From positions 12,214,001-12,278,000 of the forward strand of contig NC_135263.1 in NCBI RefSeq assembly GCF_964204865.1: 64,000 nucleotides of DNA, given 5' to 3'. This DNA comes from Styela clava. Lineage: Eukaryota. The notes under the pieces are model-generated. The model ran no database searches and had not been told where the DNA came from. It worked only from the letters and a program-made list of their open reading frames with translations. Numbering within the stretch: position 1 is the stretch's first letter; each line of letters starts with the position of its first letter. Shown piece after piece: positions 39,784 to 51,627 of this stretch. Position numbers and translations under genes: made by a program.

Positions 39784-40486
39784 CGCTTAGTCGTATATAA
39801 GTACTACAGCCAGGTTTTATACAACAATCTACGATAATGGCCAGTCATCAGAACACCACGAGAACTGACCGAGGAAGGACTGGCCTGACGCAACAGCAAT
39901 CGCAGAATCGAATGAGCAAGAGCAAAAAGTAACCACGCCACTAGGCACTAATACCGCCTGACGCACAAAATTACTAGCATTTCTCAGTAACACTCAATCC
40001 AGAGCCATTATATAATGGCTCTGCTCAATCAATCAATTGTCGATTTGAAATGTGTGTGAAAGCATGTTATAGCCGAGAAAATACAACTAAACATTTTAAT
40101 TCAGTATATCTAACTCGGGAATGGAAAAAGACTCGTAGTTAAATATACTGGTAAATTTTACAACAGCATGATTGAAAGCTAATAGAAATATAGTGGGCTT
40201 AGTTGTGATTATGACGAGTCGGTGGACAGTGAGTACCTAATCAGCATATTATCACAAAAAAATGTATATTGTACAAATGAAATCAGAATGAAAGAGTACA
40301 TAAAAGGCCTAGTTATGGAAACTGTTTCCAAATAACTATACCTAATATTTTATATTAATAGCCACTGAATAAATTGTAATAGTATTCTCGCAGTCGGTGC
40401 ATACGGGGTTTCACTGACTAACGCGTAGACACAGAGAAAGTACAGTATCAGCAATTAGGAACAGTTGCTTGACAATATTATAAATC
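39784..40486. promoter_or_regulatory. Divergent intergenic region, candidate bidirectional promoter (EIF2B5 / tail-anchored gene)
   Basis: About 700 bp between opposed start codons; direct repeat GCCTGACGCA at 39883-39892 and 39956-39965; perfect 24-bp palindrome with a central TTATATAA at 40000-40023. Confidence 0.45.
40000..40023. repeat. Perfect 24-bp palindrome CAGAGCCATTATATAATGGCTCTG flanked by a 7-bp direct repeat (CTCAATC)
   Basis: Read directly from the sequence: ctcaatc|cagagccattatataatggctctg|ctcaatc. Confidence 0.85.
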
Positions 40487-43400
40487 ATGTGTGATGTCAT
40501 AATGCACAATAGACAAACTTATTCCCAAGAAACGCAAATAATTACTAGGTTAACAGAAATGATGGAAGAGAGAAACGTCGAAGAAAATCCGCGGGAGTTC
40601 GGAGACGTTATTTCAAAAATAAAGGTTGGTCATGCATTTCACCAACATAAGATATTTAATGCTACGGAGAATGATCATCTCGATAGAAATCTAAGCAAGT
40701 TATAAGCTGAGTTATGCAATTATTTAATTTTCAAATATTTTTGAGTTTTTCACCTAGGCCATAATCTACCCTTTTCAGAAAGTTCACGGAATTCTTGATC
40801 GCGTGGGGTTGAATTTGACGAATATCAAAAGCAAAGTACGTCACCATCAAAGAAGTCAATCTTGTGGAGTCGGTAAACTTGAAAATCACACGGATAAAGA
40901 GAAAGACAGGTAAGGAGGCGAATAAATCAAAATCATCATCCAGTCAGGCTTTATGAAATAGCGACTGCTGACGAAAACGTACTAACGCAAACTTTGAAAG
41001 TATCAGGCTGTAAACATAACACTATCTGTTTAAGTAATTAGAGCAAATGAACCTGAATTGTTAGCAGGAACTATGAGTAGAAAATTTTGTATATATACAA
41101 GGGTCTATGGCGGAAGAAATGACAGCACTTTCTCTTTGTACATCAAAAATACATATATTACTCGACACTGTAATATAAAAAAATTGCAATGGTTATTTAA
41201 CCTTTAACTGTCGAAAACAAAATTTAAATTGTGAAATCAAAAGTATGATCAAAATTTCTCTCCTCATTATTTAATTGAAGTTTTATGTAAGTGTTGATCC
41301 AAATTTACCATATCGTTGTTTTAAATCTTATTGTTGATAATATATTGGTAACTAATTATTTCTTTTTAGGCACACGCCTTCATCAAGGTATGTCAGTCAC
41401 ATACCTGTGCCGTATGGGAGACTTCGTCTCAGAAACAAAGTCGCGACGTTATCTATGGCTGATCGAGATCAGGTTTGTGAATCGGAACACATTGCACCAA
41501 ATTTAATAAGCACATCCAAACTTGGGGGAACATTAAATTTGTAGCTTGCCAATAACAGAGAAAAACAAAATTTTCATCGTTATTTCGACAACAACTCATG
41601 TTGTCGAACTGGTTTCAATGTTACGACCAGCTGGAATTCATAAATTTAATTATAAATTCTGTATGCTATCGAAATTAGAAATCCGTTACTAGTTTACCTT
41701 GCACAATTTTTACTAACTATGGCGTAAAAATATCAGGATGGTAAGGAGAATATGCTCCGATTTTAGGGATCCTAGAGAATATGAAATGGATATAACATGC
41801 TTAGCCAAGCCAGAGGAATTGCTGAGAAATATTTAACGTTCATGCATATCGAGAAAACGTTTATAAAACAAGAGCCGTGTTATAGTAGTTTGGCACTTCT
41901 TACTACGGTTAGAACTAAAGTATTGAACCTGTTCATGGTTAACTGAAATGCCAAGAAGTTTTCTGGCAACTAAATGTTATGAAATAAAAGTCCTAAAATT
42001 CGGATGAATCAAAACTTTTGGGACATCAATACTCAATCCGGATGTTTGAATGACTCGCCGGGTACATTGCTGTGCAACAGGATTCATTAGAATCATGAAC
42101 ATCTGTCAATAATGTGAGCTAAAATCCGATATATTAGACACTATCCACAAATATTTCTTTTAGAATCACGGAGGGGCATCCGGAGAAGGTGACGTTACAG
42201 TCGAAAAACATCTCAGAAATGATAGAAGAAGGGAGTCCCCATCACCGAATAGAGGAAAACAATCTGATGCGGGTATCAACTCTGAACCGGATTTACCAAC
42301 ACCCAGAACAGAAGAGCGCAGGTTGGCAATAGTAATATGTATATATCTATACACGGTGAATAATATGTTAAAACAGAGCATCACCCGATTAATTAAAGCA
42401 ATATATATAAATCAAAACGTGTCGTATATAGTTTTAATACTTGGGTTCTATAGAACTTGGTCAATTTACTATTTCACAGAAGGCGATGTGGCTCGTTACC
42501 GGTTCCAGTAGCTCGAGCAAGAAGTGTACATAACCAACGCTACCTCAGCCAAGCAGCGGAAAACAAATTATCTTCAACAAGTTCAAATAAACGGCCAACG
42601 TATCGCAAACGTGATCGAAGATACAGCAGGGTGGTTGCCAGAAAAGTTTTGAATGAAGAAAGCGATTCTTCATGCACTACATCGGACATATTGCATGACA
42701 CATTTACTACTGATGCACGCTGTTCTGAGAATAGCATAAATAAACAAGATACCAATTCTGATGACTCAAGTACCCCAACAAATTCTCCGCGGTATTCAGT
42801 GTTGCAAAAACAAACTGATGCGGATTTAAAAGTTGACGTAGCTTTGCATACTCGTTCTCGAAGCATTCCAACAAAAATAGACGGAAGAATTGAAAGACGT
42901 CTAGAAAATTATTTGAATAAAGGTCTAAAATCTGAAGTAAACATGCAACAGACTCACAGCCAACGACCGATACTAGTTGCCCGAAGAAGTCGAATACCAA
43001 GAAAAAGTCATTCAACGTTGCGAAAAGATGTACATGGAAAAGATTCAAAAACAGACGACAATCCAAAGACATCATCTCCAGCGCCTAAACTCAAACAGTC
43101 GCTCATTGATCACAAGAGAACTTTACCACACAACAAAATCAAACGAGAAAATGTCCCAAAACCCATTCGAGGTGGGAGGCGGCGTGTCCGAGATTTGCTT
43201 GAGGACCAGTGCTCTAGCGCTGAAATTGATAACAACACTACACCACACAATGACCCGCGGCCACCGGAAGATTCGTTGGTTGACACGCACGATGATGGAG
43301 AATCCCAAACTGTAGTAAACTTTTCGGACATCGACACTGGTTCGATGGTTGACACGCAATATGATGGAGTATCGGAAGCTGCAGTTAATTCTTCCGACAT

Positions 43401-45473
43401 CGCACCCATTCGAGGTGAAACGCGGCTTGCCCTAGATTCGCTTGAGGACCAGTGCTCTAGCGCTGAAATTGATAACAACACTACACCACACAATGACCCG
43501 CGGCCACCAGAAGATTCGTTGGTTGACACGCACGATGATGGAGAATCGCAAACTGTAGTAAACTCTTCGGAAATCGACACAGGTTTTGGGAGTGAAATTT
43601 CTAGAGTTGACGAAGGATATGAGGTAACTACAGGAAGAAGCGACGACAGTAGCGCAAGTGCAACTTGGAGGTGGATAAACCGAGATGCTGCCGATGAAAT
43701 TTACGAATCAGATCCAGGCAGTTCATACAGAGAAAGAATAGTATCTCCACGGGGGAGCAGCAGCACCGCGAAAGAGATTGAGAACCATGACACCAATCAG
43801 TACGATAACAACGACATACAATGTATTTCTTCTCCGTCTCTAGTGCATTCCGAAAGTGACCTTCCTGAAACGCTTTTTGGTGCAGATGACATAAAAACTG
43901 GCCGCAGCGTATCGGAAATCACGCAATTAATTGAAAATTCAGCAATCGAAAACCAAAATATGATGACTAGTCCCAAACAAGACATATTGTCTGCTGAGTT
44001 ATCTTTCGACACAGATTATTCTCTGGTAAAGGACCGACTTCATAGATATTCAAATGAATTTAAGAATACTGAAATACCAAAGCTCGAATCCCCAGACCAC
44101 GTACCAGTTACAAAGGGAAGAATACGTGAACAAGTTGATCTGTTCGAAAAACGAATAGAAGATGGCAATGATCCATTTTGTAGTCAAGTACCAAGTCTGT
44201 ATCATGATATTGTCAAACTTGTTGACGGATATATTCTTGACGCCTGCGCCAGTTTAGAAAAAGAATCAGAGACGAAAGGTAAATGCATTATCATAAAAGG
44301 ATTCGATAGCAAATATTTCAGATTAGATTTTTTGGCAGAAGTGGTTGGTTTACTACAAACGGTAAGAGAATATTCATAACTTTGGCAAGACAAGATTCGA
44401 AGCCAATTGTTCTAGCTGAACTTCAATTATGTACTCATCTTCTTTTGGATCATAAGTAATTTTGTCGAATATTTGAACATGTTTATTTAAAATATAATTC
44501 GGAAAGAGATTAATCACCTTTTGAATTTCTTTAGGTACAACTATGCCGGTGGTACCACGCTTGGATCTACAATCTCTGAATCGAGAGGAAGACGAAAAAT
44601 TTGAAAAAATGCGTGGTATTGGCAGGAAAAAAGAATTGAGCGAACAAAGTACACCGTATAAAAGTTGCCTACACTCATCAATGCATACGAATTGCATACA
44701 GAAGTTTGTCTCCTCTACGAGATCGAGAATTGGTCAATTGAAGCAATCGAAGTTGTTACATATTATATGTTCGTCTTGCAAGTGTACAAAGAGGTAAACT
44801 ACGAATTCATGCATTATTTTTCCTATTTGAGCTAATGAATTATGTTGACGACGCCCTGATTTGCCATTGGGCAAAGTGGGCTGGGCTGAATGATAAGAGC
44901 CTCAAATTTTACAGAGACCTCAATATTTAATTTTGAAATAATATTCGTTTTCAAGATGTTTTTTTAAATTTTGAGGGCTTGTTCAGAAACTCAACCGTAT
45001 AAAAATTTCATAAAACTGATAATGAAAAAAAAACGAGAGATTGTGTGACTTTCTTATTTCTCATATATATACGATTTGTTTTTACTGGCTGGAAATAATA
45101 AACTGTGCTCGATGGACTCTTTACTATTCTTTACATATGAAAAAATTAAATCATGCCCTGGTAATTTGAATGTCGATTAAATCTGTTCTGTGTGTGGTGG
45201 CTGTTTGATTGGCATTTTCGTATAAGACTCTATACCATATCATCAAATACTTACAGGTTATGGGAGCACAGCTTTGGGCGGAGAACTAGATGCACAATTA
45301 TTGGAGTGTTATACGAAATATTTTATGGCGTGACAACGTTGTCTGTAATGTTATTGATCCTGTTCATGGGAATTTCAATCCCAGAAAGAGATGATCTTCT
45401 TCGATCTAGCGAATTTATTCTTAATGACATCATAACATTTACACGTGCTGGTCCACCGAACTGTGTCGTATGA
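40487..45473 (+). CDS. Uncharacterised, about 934-aa low-complexity protein with a C-terminal transmembrane helix and KASH-like tail
   Basis: Exons 40487-40624, 40779-40909, 41370-41472, 42164-42321, 42480-44278, 44535-44793, 45257-45473 (TGA); phases consistent, total 2805 nt. Rich in S/T/D/R; hydrophobic segment IIGVLYEIFYGVTTLSVMLLILFMGISI followed by a 30-aa tail. Start exon is less certain. Confidence 0.75.
43162..43583 (+). repeat. In-frame coding tandem duplication, period 243 nt (81 aa), with a 69-nt (23-aa) sub-repeat
   Basis: cccattcgaggtg at 43162 and 43405; LEDQCSSAEIDNNTTPHNDPRPPEDSLVDTHDDGESQTVVN occurs twice; SLVDTHDDGESQTVVN / SMVDTQYDGVSEAAVN sub-units. Confidence 0.9.
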
Positions 45474-45914
45474 TATTTATGTTGTGTTATTTTTATGTTG
45501 TTTCTACGTGACTATTATATGCATACTGACTACGTCTTCTAGCGACAAGTGCTGAATTTGGGTTTTTCTTGGGTGCATTTTGTGTGTATAATAAATACCG
45601 GTAATCATAACCTTATAAAAAAATATAATCCGTAACTGGATATTTCTAGGTTCGTAGTGCTCACTTATACAGTTGTTTATTTAACAACCTGCCCATTAAC
45701 TTGATTTGTCTGTCTAAGTCTAAGCGTAAATATATACTGGTTTAAGCTATGATGAAATAGGAGTAGTTTGCGGGAAACGCTGTTAGGAGAGCGGACAAAA
45801 CCGCAGCTTAGCTTTGAGGAGGCGTACAGATTTAAGATTTAAAGGTGCTGTCGAAGAAGTGGTTATGAAATAATTCACACACGTACGCACTAAAACTGCT
45901 AAAATAAAATTAAA

Positions 45915-47650
45915 TTCAGATTCAGATTCAGATATTTATTTTTCGTCGTGCAAAAACATTGTACATTTAAACAAATGGTAAAAATTAAATAAATACATTG
46001 AAAGAAAGAGGTACAATATTTGGACTGCAATAGACGAGGGATCGCGAAAAGACTATCAAAAGTCATCATGTCAGCGACACCATTATAGAAGCAGATTAAG
46101 TCAAACAATACAGAAATAAATCAGCAAAAATAAATGAAACATTTTGGGAACTAAAATGTACGTGAGAACAGAAGATTCGATTTAATAGAAAAAAGCATTG
46201 ACGAATTTAAACAACTCAACGCCATGCTCCACCGAGCACGCCAACAACAAAGAAATTGCTGACGTGCGTGACGCAGCATAATGTTGTTGACTACTTGGGG
46301 AATTCCCTGCAGCAGCAGCAGTGGAACTACTAATATAACCAATGAATTATGATTAAGAAAAAGACATATTCAATTTATTTTGGGTTGCAAAGAGCACATA
46401 TATATTGGAAAATATTAAACGACATATGTGAACTACAATGGATGAAAGCATATTAAAGAAGCAATGACTATTAGAGGTAACTAAAGTTTTTGAATTTTGT
46501 CTTTGTTATAAGAGTTCATAATACAGTTATTTTGTGAAGTGACTTTCATAAGGAGCACATGCTATTAAATAATAAAATAGCAGTAATGGAAATCAATAAG
46601 GTGAAAGGATACCTAGCTTATTATAGAATCTTGAGCAAATAAAGGTAAGAAACACAAGTGCTTTGTGAGAGAAAGTCATGCTCTGTGAGCAGCACATACT
46701 ATTGGAGTATACCACAGTATTGAAGAGCAAATAAAATAATAATAATACAAGGATAGTGATAGCATATCATGAGAATAATGACAAGATGAAGGTAACACCC
46801 ATAATTTGAAAAAAGTGAGTTTCAAACAGTCTGAGATACATTTCAACTCTGCCAGCCTACTGACAGATATAAGAATTTAAGTAAAGAAATTTTAGTGCTT
46901 TTTTGAATGAATTATAAGTCTTAGAGCGAAGTGTGTCTTGGAGCGTATTCCAGAGTTTCACACCGATGAATTTAATAGAGCTTTGTGAACGATTGGTAGA
47001 AAAGCGAGGCACATGGTATGAGCTATTGGCAGCGGAACGAGTTGAATGAGAGTGAACACTCATCTGTTTGACAAAATAGTATTTAAAAGCCATAGGCAGT
47101 TTATTGTTTAGGTGTTGGTGCATGAGTTTCAGTATCTCGATTTTATAAATGTCTGACATTTTGATTATTTGATTCTTATGGTAAAGAGGATCTAATCTTG
47201 ACATTGGTCCAGCATGGGTCAAAGCACGGATAGCCCTGTTCTGTAATACTTCAATCCGGTGTAACAAAGTTTTATTAGCTGATCCCCAAGCTATAATACC
47301 ATATTGCAAATGAGATTGAAACAGAGCGAAGTATATCATGCGTAACGTAGACAAAGAAGTATAACGCCTAAGCCGATAAAGCATTCCTACCGCCTTGGCT
47401 AATTTAACAGCAGTGTTGGTTATTTGAATGTCCCATTGCAGTTTGTTATCAATGTGGATGCCAAGATATTTGAATGAGCTAACGTTGTCAAGAATAGTTC
47501 CTTCAATCTCAATTTTCACAGATGTCTGTGATTTGGATTTACTTGGAGCAAACAACATAGTTTTTGATTTATTTACATTTAATGTTAATTTGTTTTGTTT
47601 CATCCAATTTGCTACTTTTCTTATTTCAGTGTTCACTCTGGACTGAAGCA
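45915..47650 (-). mobile_element. 5'-truncated non-LTR retrotransposon (L2/CR1 group): C-terminal RT region, 3' UTR and (ATCTGA)n tail
   Basis: ORF 47657-46857 (WMKQNKLTLNVNKSK, FKYLGIHID, YGIIAWG, KLWNTL); AATAAA followed by TATCTGAATCTGAATCTGAA at the 3' end, the same tail as the LINE at 57456. Confidence 0.9.
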
Positions 47651-48341
47651 ACAACAAGAGATTAAAAATCTTTCAATTTTGTTCCAAATCAAAGGCACAC
47701 TTGTAAAGTCAAAAATATTATCTTTAGTATGCCTTTTAGATTAACAAGTCGGATATTGTCTCATATCATCACAGGGGAATCACCTACCACAAAAAGACGA
47801 ACATTTGGTCCGGCGAGCGTCTTTAATGAGTCATTGTGAATGATAATTGATAACCCTAGAGTCAGCGGGGTGTAGTTAAATAATTGGTAATATATTCCAT
47901 ATATATTCCAACATTACAAAAATAGATTTAAATATTATTGTGTTTTTACTTTCAATTACTAGATATAAGATATGAATTCAGAGAAATTCTGTTATATTTG
48001 AAGGTAGTACCCCCAGGCCCCAATCACCACATAGTTATCAAACAAGTAACAGCAGCAATCATTTATAGACTCAACATTAGAAAAGGAAAAAAATCACCTA
48101 ATCTCGTGAGAGAATTTGAAATACTAAAGAATTGTCTTTGAATTGTGAATCAAGTAGAGAGAGAGAGAGAGTTTATTTGTTTTGTCCACCAGAAAACATA
48201 CACAACAAAAAAAATATGAATTTAGTTTTAATATGTATAAAAATGTCTAATATATTTAAAAAAAAAAAAAATTGGTATTTTATTTTATCATAGAAAAAGA
48301 GAATCAACTACAAATAAATCCTTACCACGAAGTTTTGTTGT

Positions 48342-48661
48342 GGATAGGATAGGATTTACATATTTATCCCGGGGGAGAGGAAAGCCGATAAGACGGCTTA
48401 TCCATATGGCGAACCACGGCCTCTCGTCCGGTTACCATTCCAAGTCGGGTATGGGATTAGATTTACTGTATTGTTTGTTTTCGAAAGCATGGACTTGGTG
48501 GTGGAGGAAGCTGAACCACCCAACGACGGCGAGGAGTCCAGCAATCCTCTCGCACATAACCATCCCTGCATGGGATTTTAACCTGCGACCCCACGCAGAG
48601 TAGTTAGAGGTGCGGTGGCGAGCGTATTCCCAACACTTAGCCCGTTAAGCCACACCGCCGC
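48342..48661 (-). mobile_element. tRNA-derived SINE, near full-length
   Basis: Minus strand starts GCGGCGGTGTGGCTTAACGGG (A-box), has a degenerate B-box GGTTAAAATCC and an (ATCCT)n tail; near-identical to 54600-54945. Confidence 0.85.
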
Positions 48662-49190
48662 GCCATACATACAGTTCATACATACATGAAATATACAGTT
48701 CTGTAGTTATATAACGGTCGACCACGGTCTGACGGTGCTTCAAGTTCAATCGTTTTGTTTCATGGCGAAGTTAAAGTCAATGATTTTATGTAATTTCTTT
48801 CCAATACAGCAATATGATTTACTAAGGGACAGGTCAAAATTAGAATCTACAACTACTATTTACTTTAATCTTGTTTGAAATAATAAAAAAAAAACGATTA
48901 TATTATTAATAAATTAAATATTGAGGTTGAAATTCAATTTTGACACAAGAGAGTTTGTTTCGTTTAGCAAAAAAGACAGTCAACCATACTGAAAAACTTA
49001 TAAGAGCTATAGCAATATGGGTGACTGGGTAAAGCTGTTTTTACCACTAAAACTCTTATAGCTGTATAGAGTTTTTTTCATCATCATTGAATAAAAGCAC
49101 CGTGTATGCAGTAATCTTACAGTCATAATAAGAATGTGCATTGTACTCCTAAACTTGTAATTTTTTCATCGCAGAGTATTTGGTTGTAAC

Positions 49191-49682
49191 ATGTTGCGAT
49201 ACAGAGCATATCGTGCTTTAAGGCAATGGTGTGCACCACAAAGATGCTTGGCAACTAAAAATTCTGTTTCAAAACTTTTAAAGTTAGGTAAACTCAATCA
49301 TGTCGCAATAGCTGTGCCGAACTTAGAGAGAGCCACAGCACTTTATGAGGATGTGTTAGGAGCGGATGTAAGCAAAAAACAGGATCTACCCGAGCACGGA
49401 GTTACCACTGTCTTCGTTAATTTACCAAACACGAAGCTGGAACTTTTATATCCACTTGGTGAAAACAGCCCCATAGCGGGATTTTTGTCGAAAAACAAAA
49501 GTGGTGGCCTTCATCATATCTGCATAGAAGTGGAAGATATACATGTAGCTGTGGAAGCATTGAGAGAAAATGGAATTAGAACTCTTACCCAAGAACCTAA
49601 AATAGGTGCTCATAACAAACCAGTAATATTTTGTCATCCAAAAGATTGTGATGGAATTCTACTTGAACTGGAGCAAGAATAG
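49191..49682 (+). CDS. MCEE: Methylmalonyl-CoA epimerase, mitochondrial (intronless CDS)
   Basis: VOC-fold motifs LNHVAIAV, EHGV, KLELL, GGLHHICIEV, PKIGAH.KPV.F.HPKDC.G.L.ELEQ; Arg-rich N-terminal transit-peptide-like leader. Confidence 0.95.
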   Translation: MLRYRAYRALRQWCAPQRCLATKNSVSKLLKLGKLNHVAIAVPNLERATALYEDVLGADVSKKQDLPEHGVTTVFVNLPNTKLELLYPLGENSPIAGFLSKNKSGGLHHICIEVEDIHVAVEALRENGIRTLTQEPKIGAHNKPVIFCHPKDCDGILLELEQE

Positions 49683-50281
49683 AATAAGCGGAAAATTATA
49701 TCCACAAAAATACATTATTCCACATTGTTCAACTAACCTGCATCTCAAAATTTACATATGAAAGAAAAAATGGAAAGACAAAACAATAACTCAAAATACA
49801 TACAGGAGATGATTAATACATAAGATTACCTCAAAATATATATGGATGTAAATTCTCTCCAAGCAAAGAGTTAAAGATACCCGTACTGAAAGCCCATAAC
49901 AAATAGAGACTTGACCTATATATATACTCTTTTGATTATTACTTTCAAATTCAGCAATTGCAGTTCATTAGTGATGGCTAGTTCACAAGGGCAGAAATTT
50001 GCAAACAAAAACTCATTTGTCTGGAATTACATCATACATATTGCGTCAGATAATAAATTGTATCGTACTAACTATTATCAATTTATTTATCTGTTTTCAT
50101 TTTTTCCATTATTCATAAATGAGCTAAATCTTTTAAAATATGATACGAAACGTGTTTTGATAGTGTAATAGCAACAAATGTGACATAGTAGCCATGCGTG
50201 TGCACTTATACATAACTGTTTCTATATTGCTTCAATTTCAGATCAACTCCTTGGATTTTTTTAATAGCGTGTTTTAAGATC

Positions 50282-51627
50282 ATGGTCGAGAGAATATCTA
50301 TTCCAGATTTGTTGAATGAGGATAGAATAATAAAAATATGTGCACCTATGGTTCGATATTCTCGTCGAGCATTTAGAATGCTTGTGAGAAAATATGGATG
50401 TGATTTGGCATACACACCGATGATCATATCAAACTCTTTTGCACAATCGAAACAATGCAGAGATAATGAATTTCAACCGCATGAACTCGATCGACCCTTG
50501 GTGGTGCAGTTTGCTGCGAGCAATGCAAAAGACTTTGCGGATGCAACTGAAATCGTCTTTCCAGATGTGGACGGAGTTGGTTTGAACTGTGGCTGCCCAC
50601 AACGCTGGGCAATGGCTGAAGGATATGGGGCCAAATTGATTAAAAACCCCGAATTAGTACGAGATATCATTAAAACAACAAGAAATAGAATCCCAAGTAA
50701 TGACTTTTCAATATCAGTCAAGATACGGATTCTTGAAACTGAAGAAGGAACAGTGGACATGTGCAGGCAATTTGAAAGCGCTGGTGCGTCATATATAGCA
50801 GTTCATGGCAGAACAACAAAAGAAAGAAATCAACCTCCTCATTATGACATCATAAAGTCAATTAAAGATTCTGTTGATATTCCAGTCGTTGCAAACGGCG
50901 GTATCAAAACTCCACATGATATTGAAAGAATACATGAAATCACAGGTCTCCGAAGCCTTCCCTTTCTAAATAATATGGCAGTAGATTTATTTTCATTTGG
51001 AACACAAAGGAATGTCCAAAAAACTTGGTTTGGCACATTCCTCATTTTAGTATTAAAACCATAAATGTTACTCATCAAAATTAGCAATTACTACCGAAAT
51101 ATAAAGACAGGGAAATCCACCCATTGTGATATAATTCTTGCCTTAAATTTCTAGAATTAACATAGGTGATCAGACATGCTTTCATTCCCAAATAGCTCAC
51201 ATGGTGTTTGGCGCAGGATCTTGGTATTTTACTATTTTGGCATGGTTTACTGAAATGAGGGAACCTGTTGTTTGTAAATATGTTAGTAAAAGTTAATAAG
51301 ACAATTTAAATTTTGATACTTGCATGCCAGATTCACCTCCTAATAATTTTGTTACGTTATATATCTTTAGGTGTGAATGGAGTGATGGTCGCCCAAGGTT
51401 TATTGAACAATCCAGCAATGTTTGGTGGATATGAAAAAACTCCTGTACAATGCATTGAAGATTGGCTATCTGTGACTGAACAGTTTGAAACCATATTTCA
51501 GCACTTTCATAATCACTTAATATATATGCAAAAATACACCACCCCTAAGTGGGAAAAGCAAGTTTTTAACAACCTCAAACATAAAAAGGACATACTGGAC
51601 TACCTATCTCTAAAATATGAATTATAA
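50282..51627 (+). CDS. DUS4L: tRNA-dihydrouridine(20a/20b) synthase-like, 2 exons, about 306 aa
   Basis: Exons 50282-50945 and 51371-51627 (ITG|VNGVMV). Motifs: KICAPMVRYS, YTPMI, DRPLVVQFAA, NCGCPQRWA, SVKIR, AVHGRT, IPVVANGGIKT, LLNNPAMF, FHNHL.YM. Confidence 0.92.

Noticed and set aside
42457-44379. 640-aa ORF as a stand-alone gene
   Set aside because: It starts at a non-ATG codon in intron sequence and runs past a phase-1 donor at 44278; it is an internal exon of the 40487-45473 gene.
50946-51064. C-terminus of the 260-aa ORF (LRSLPFLNN...)
   Set aside because: Intron read-through; DUS homology resumes at 51371.
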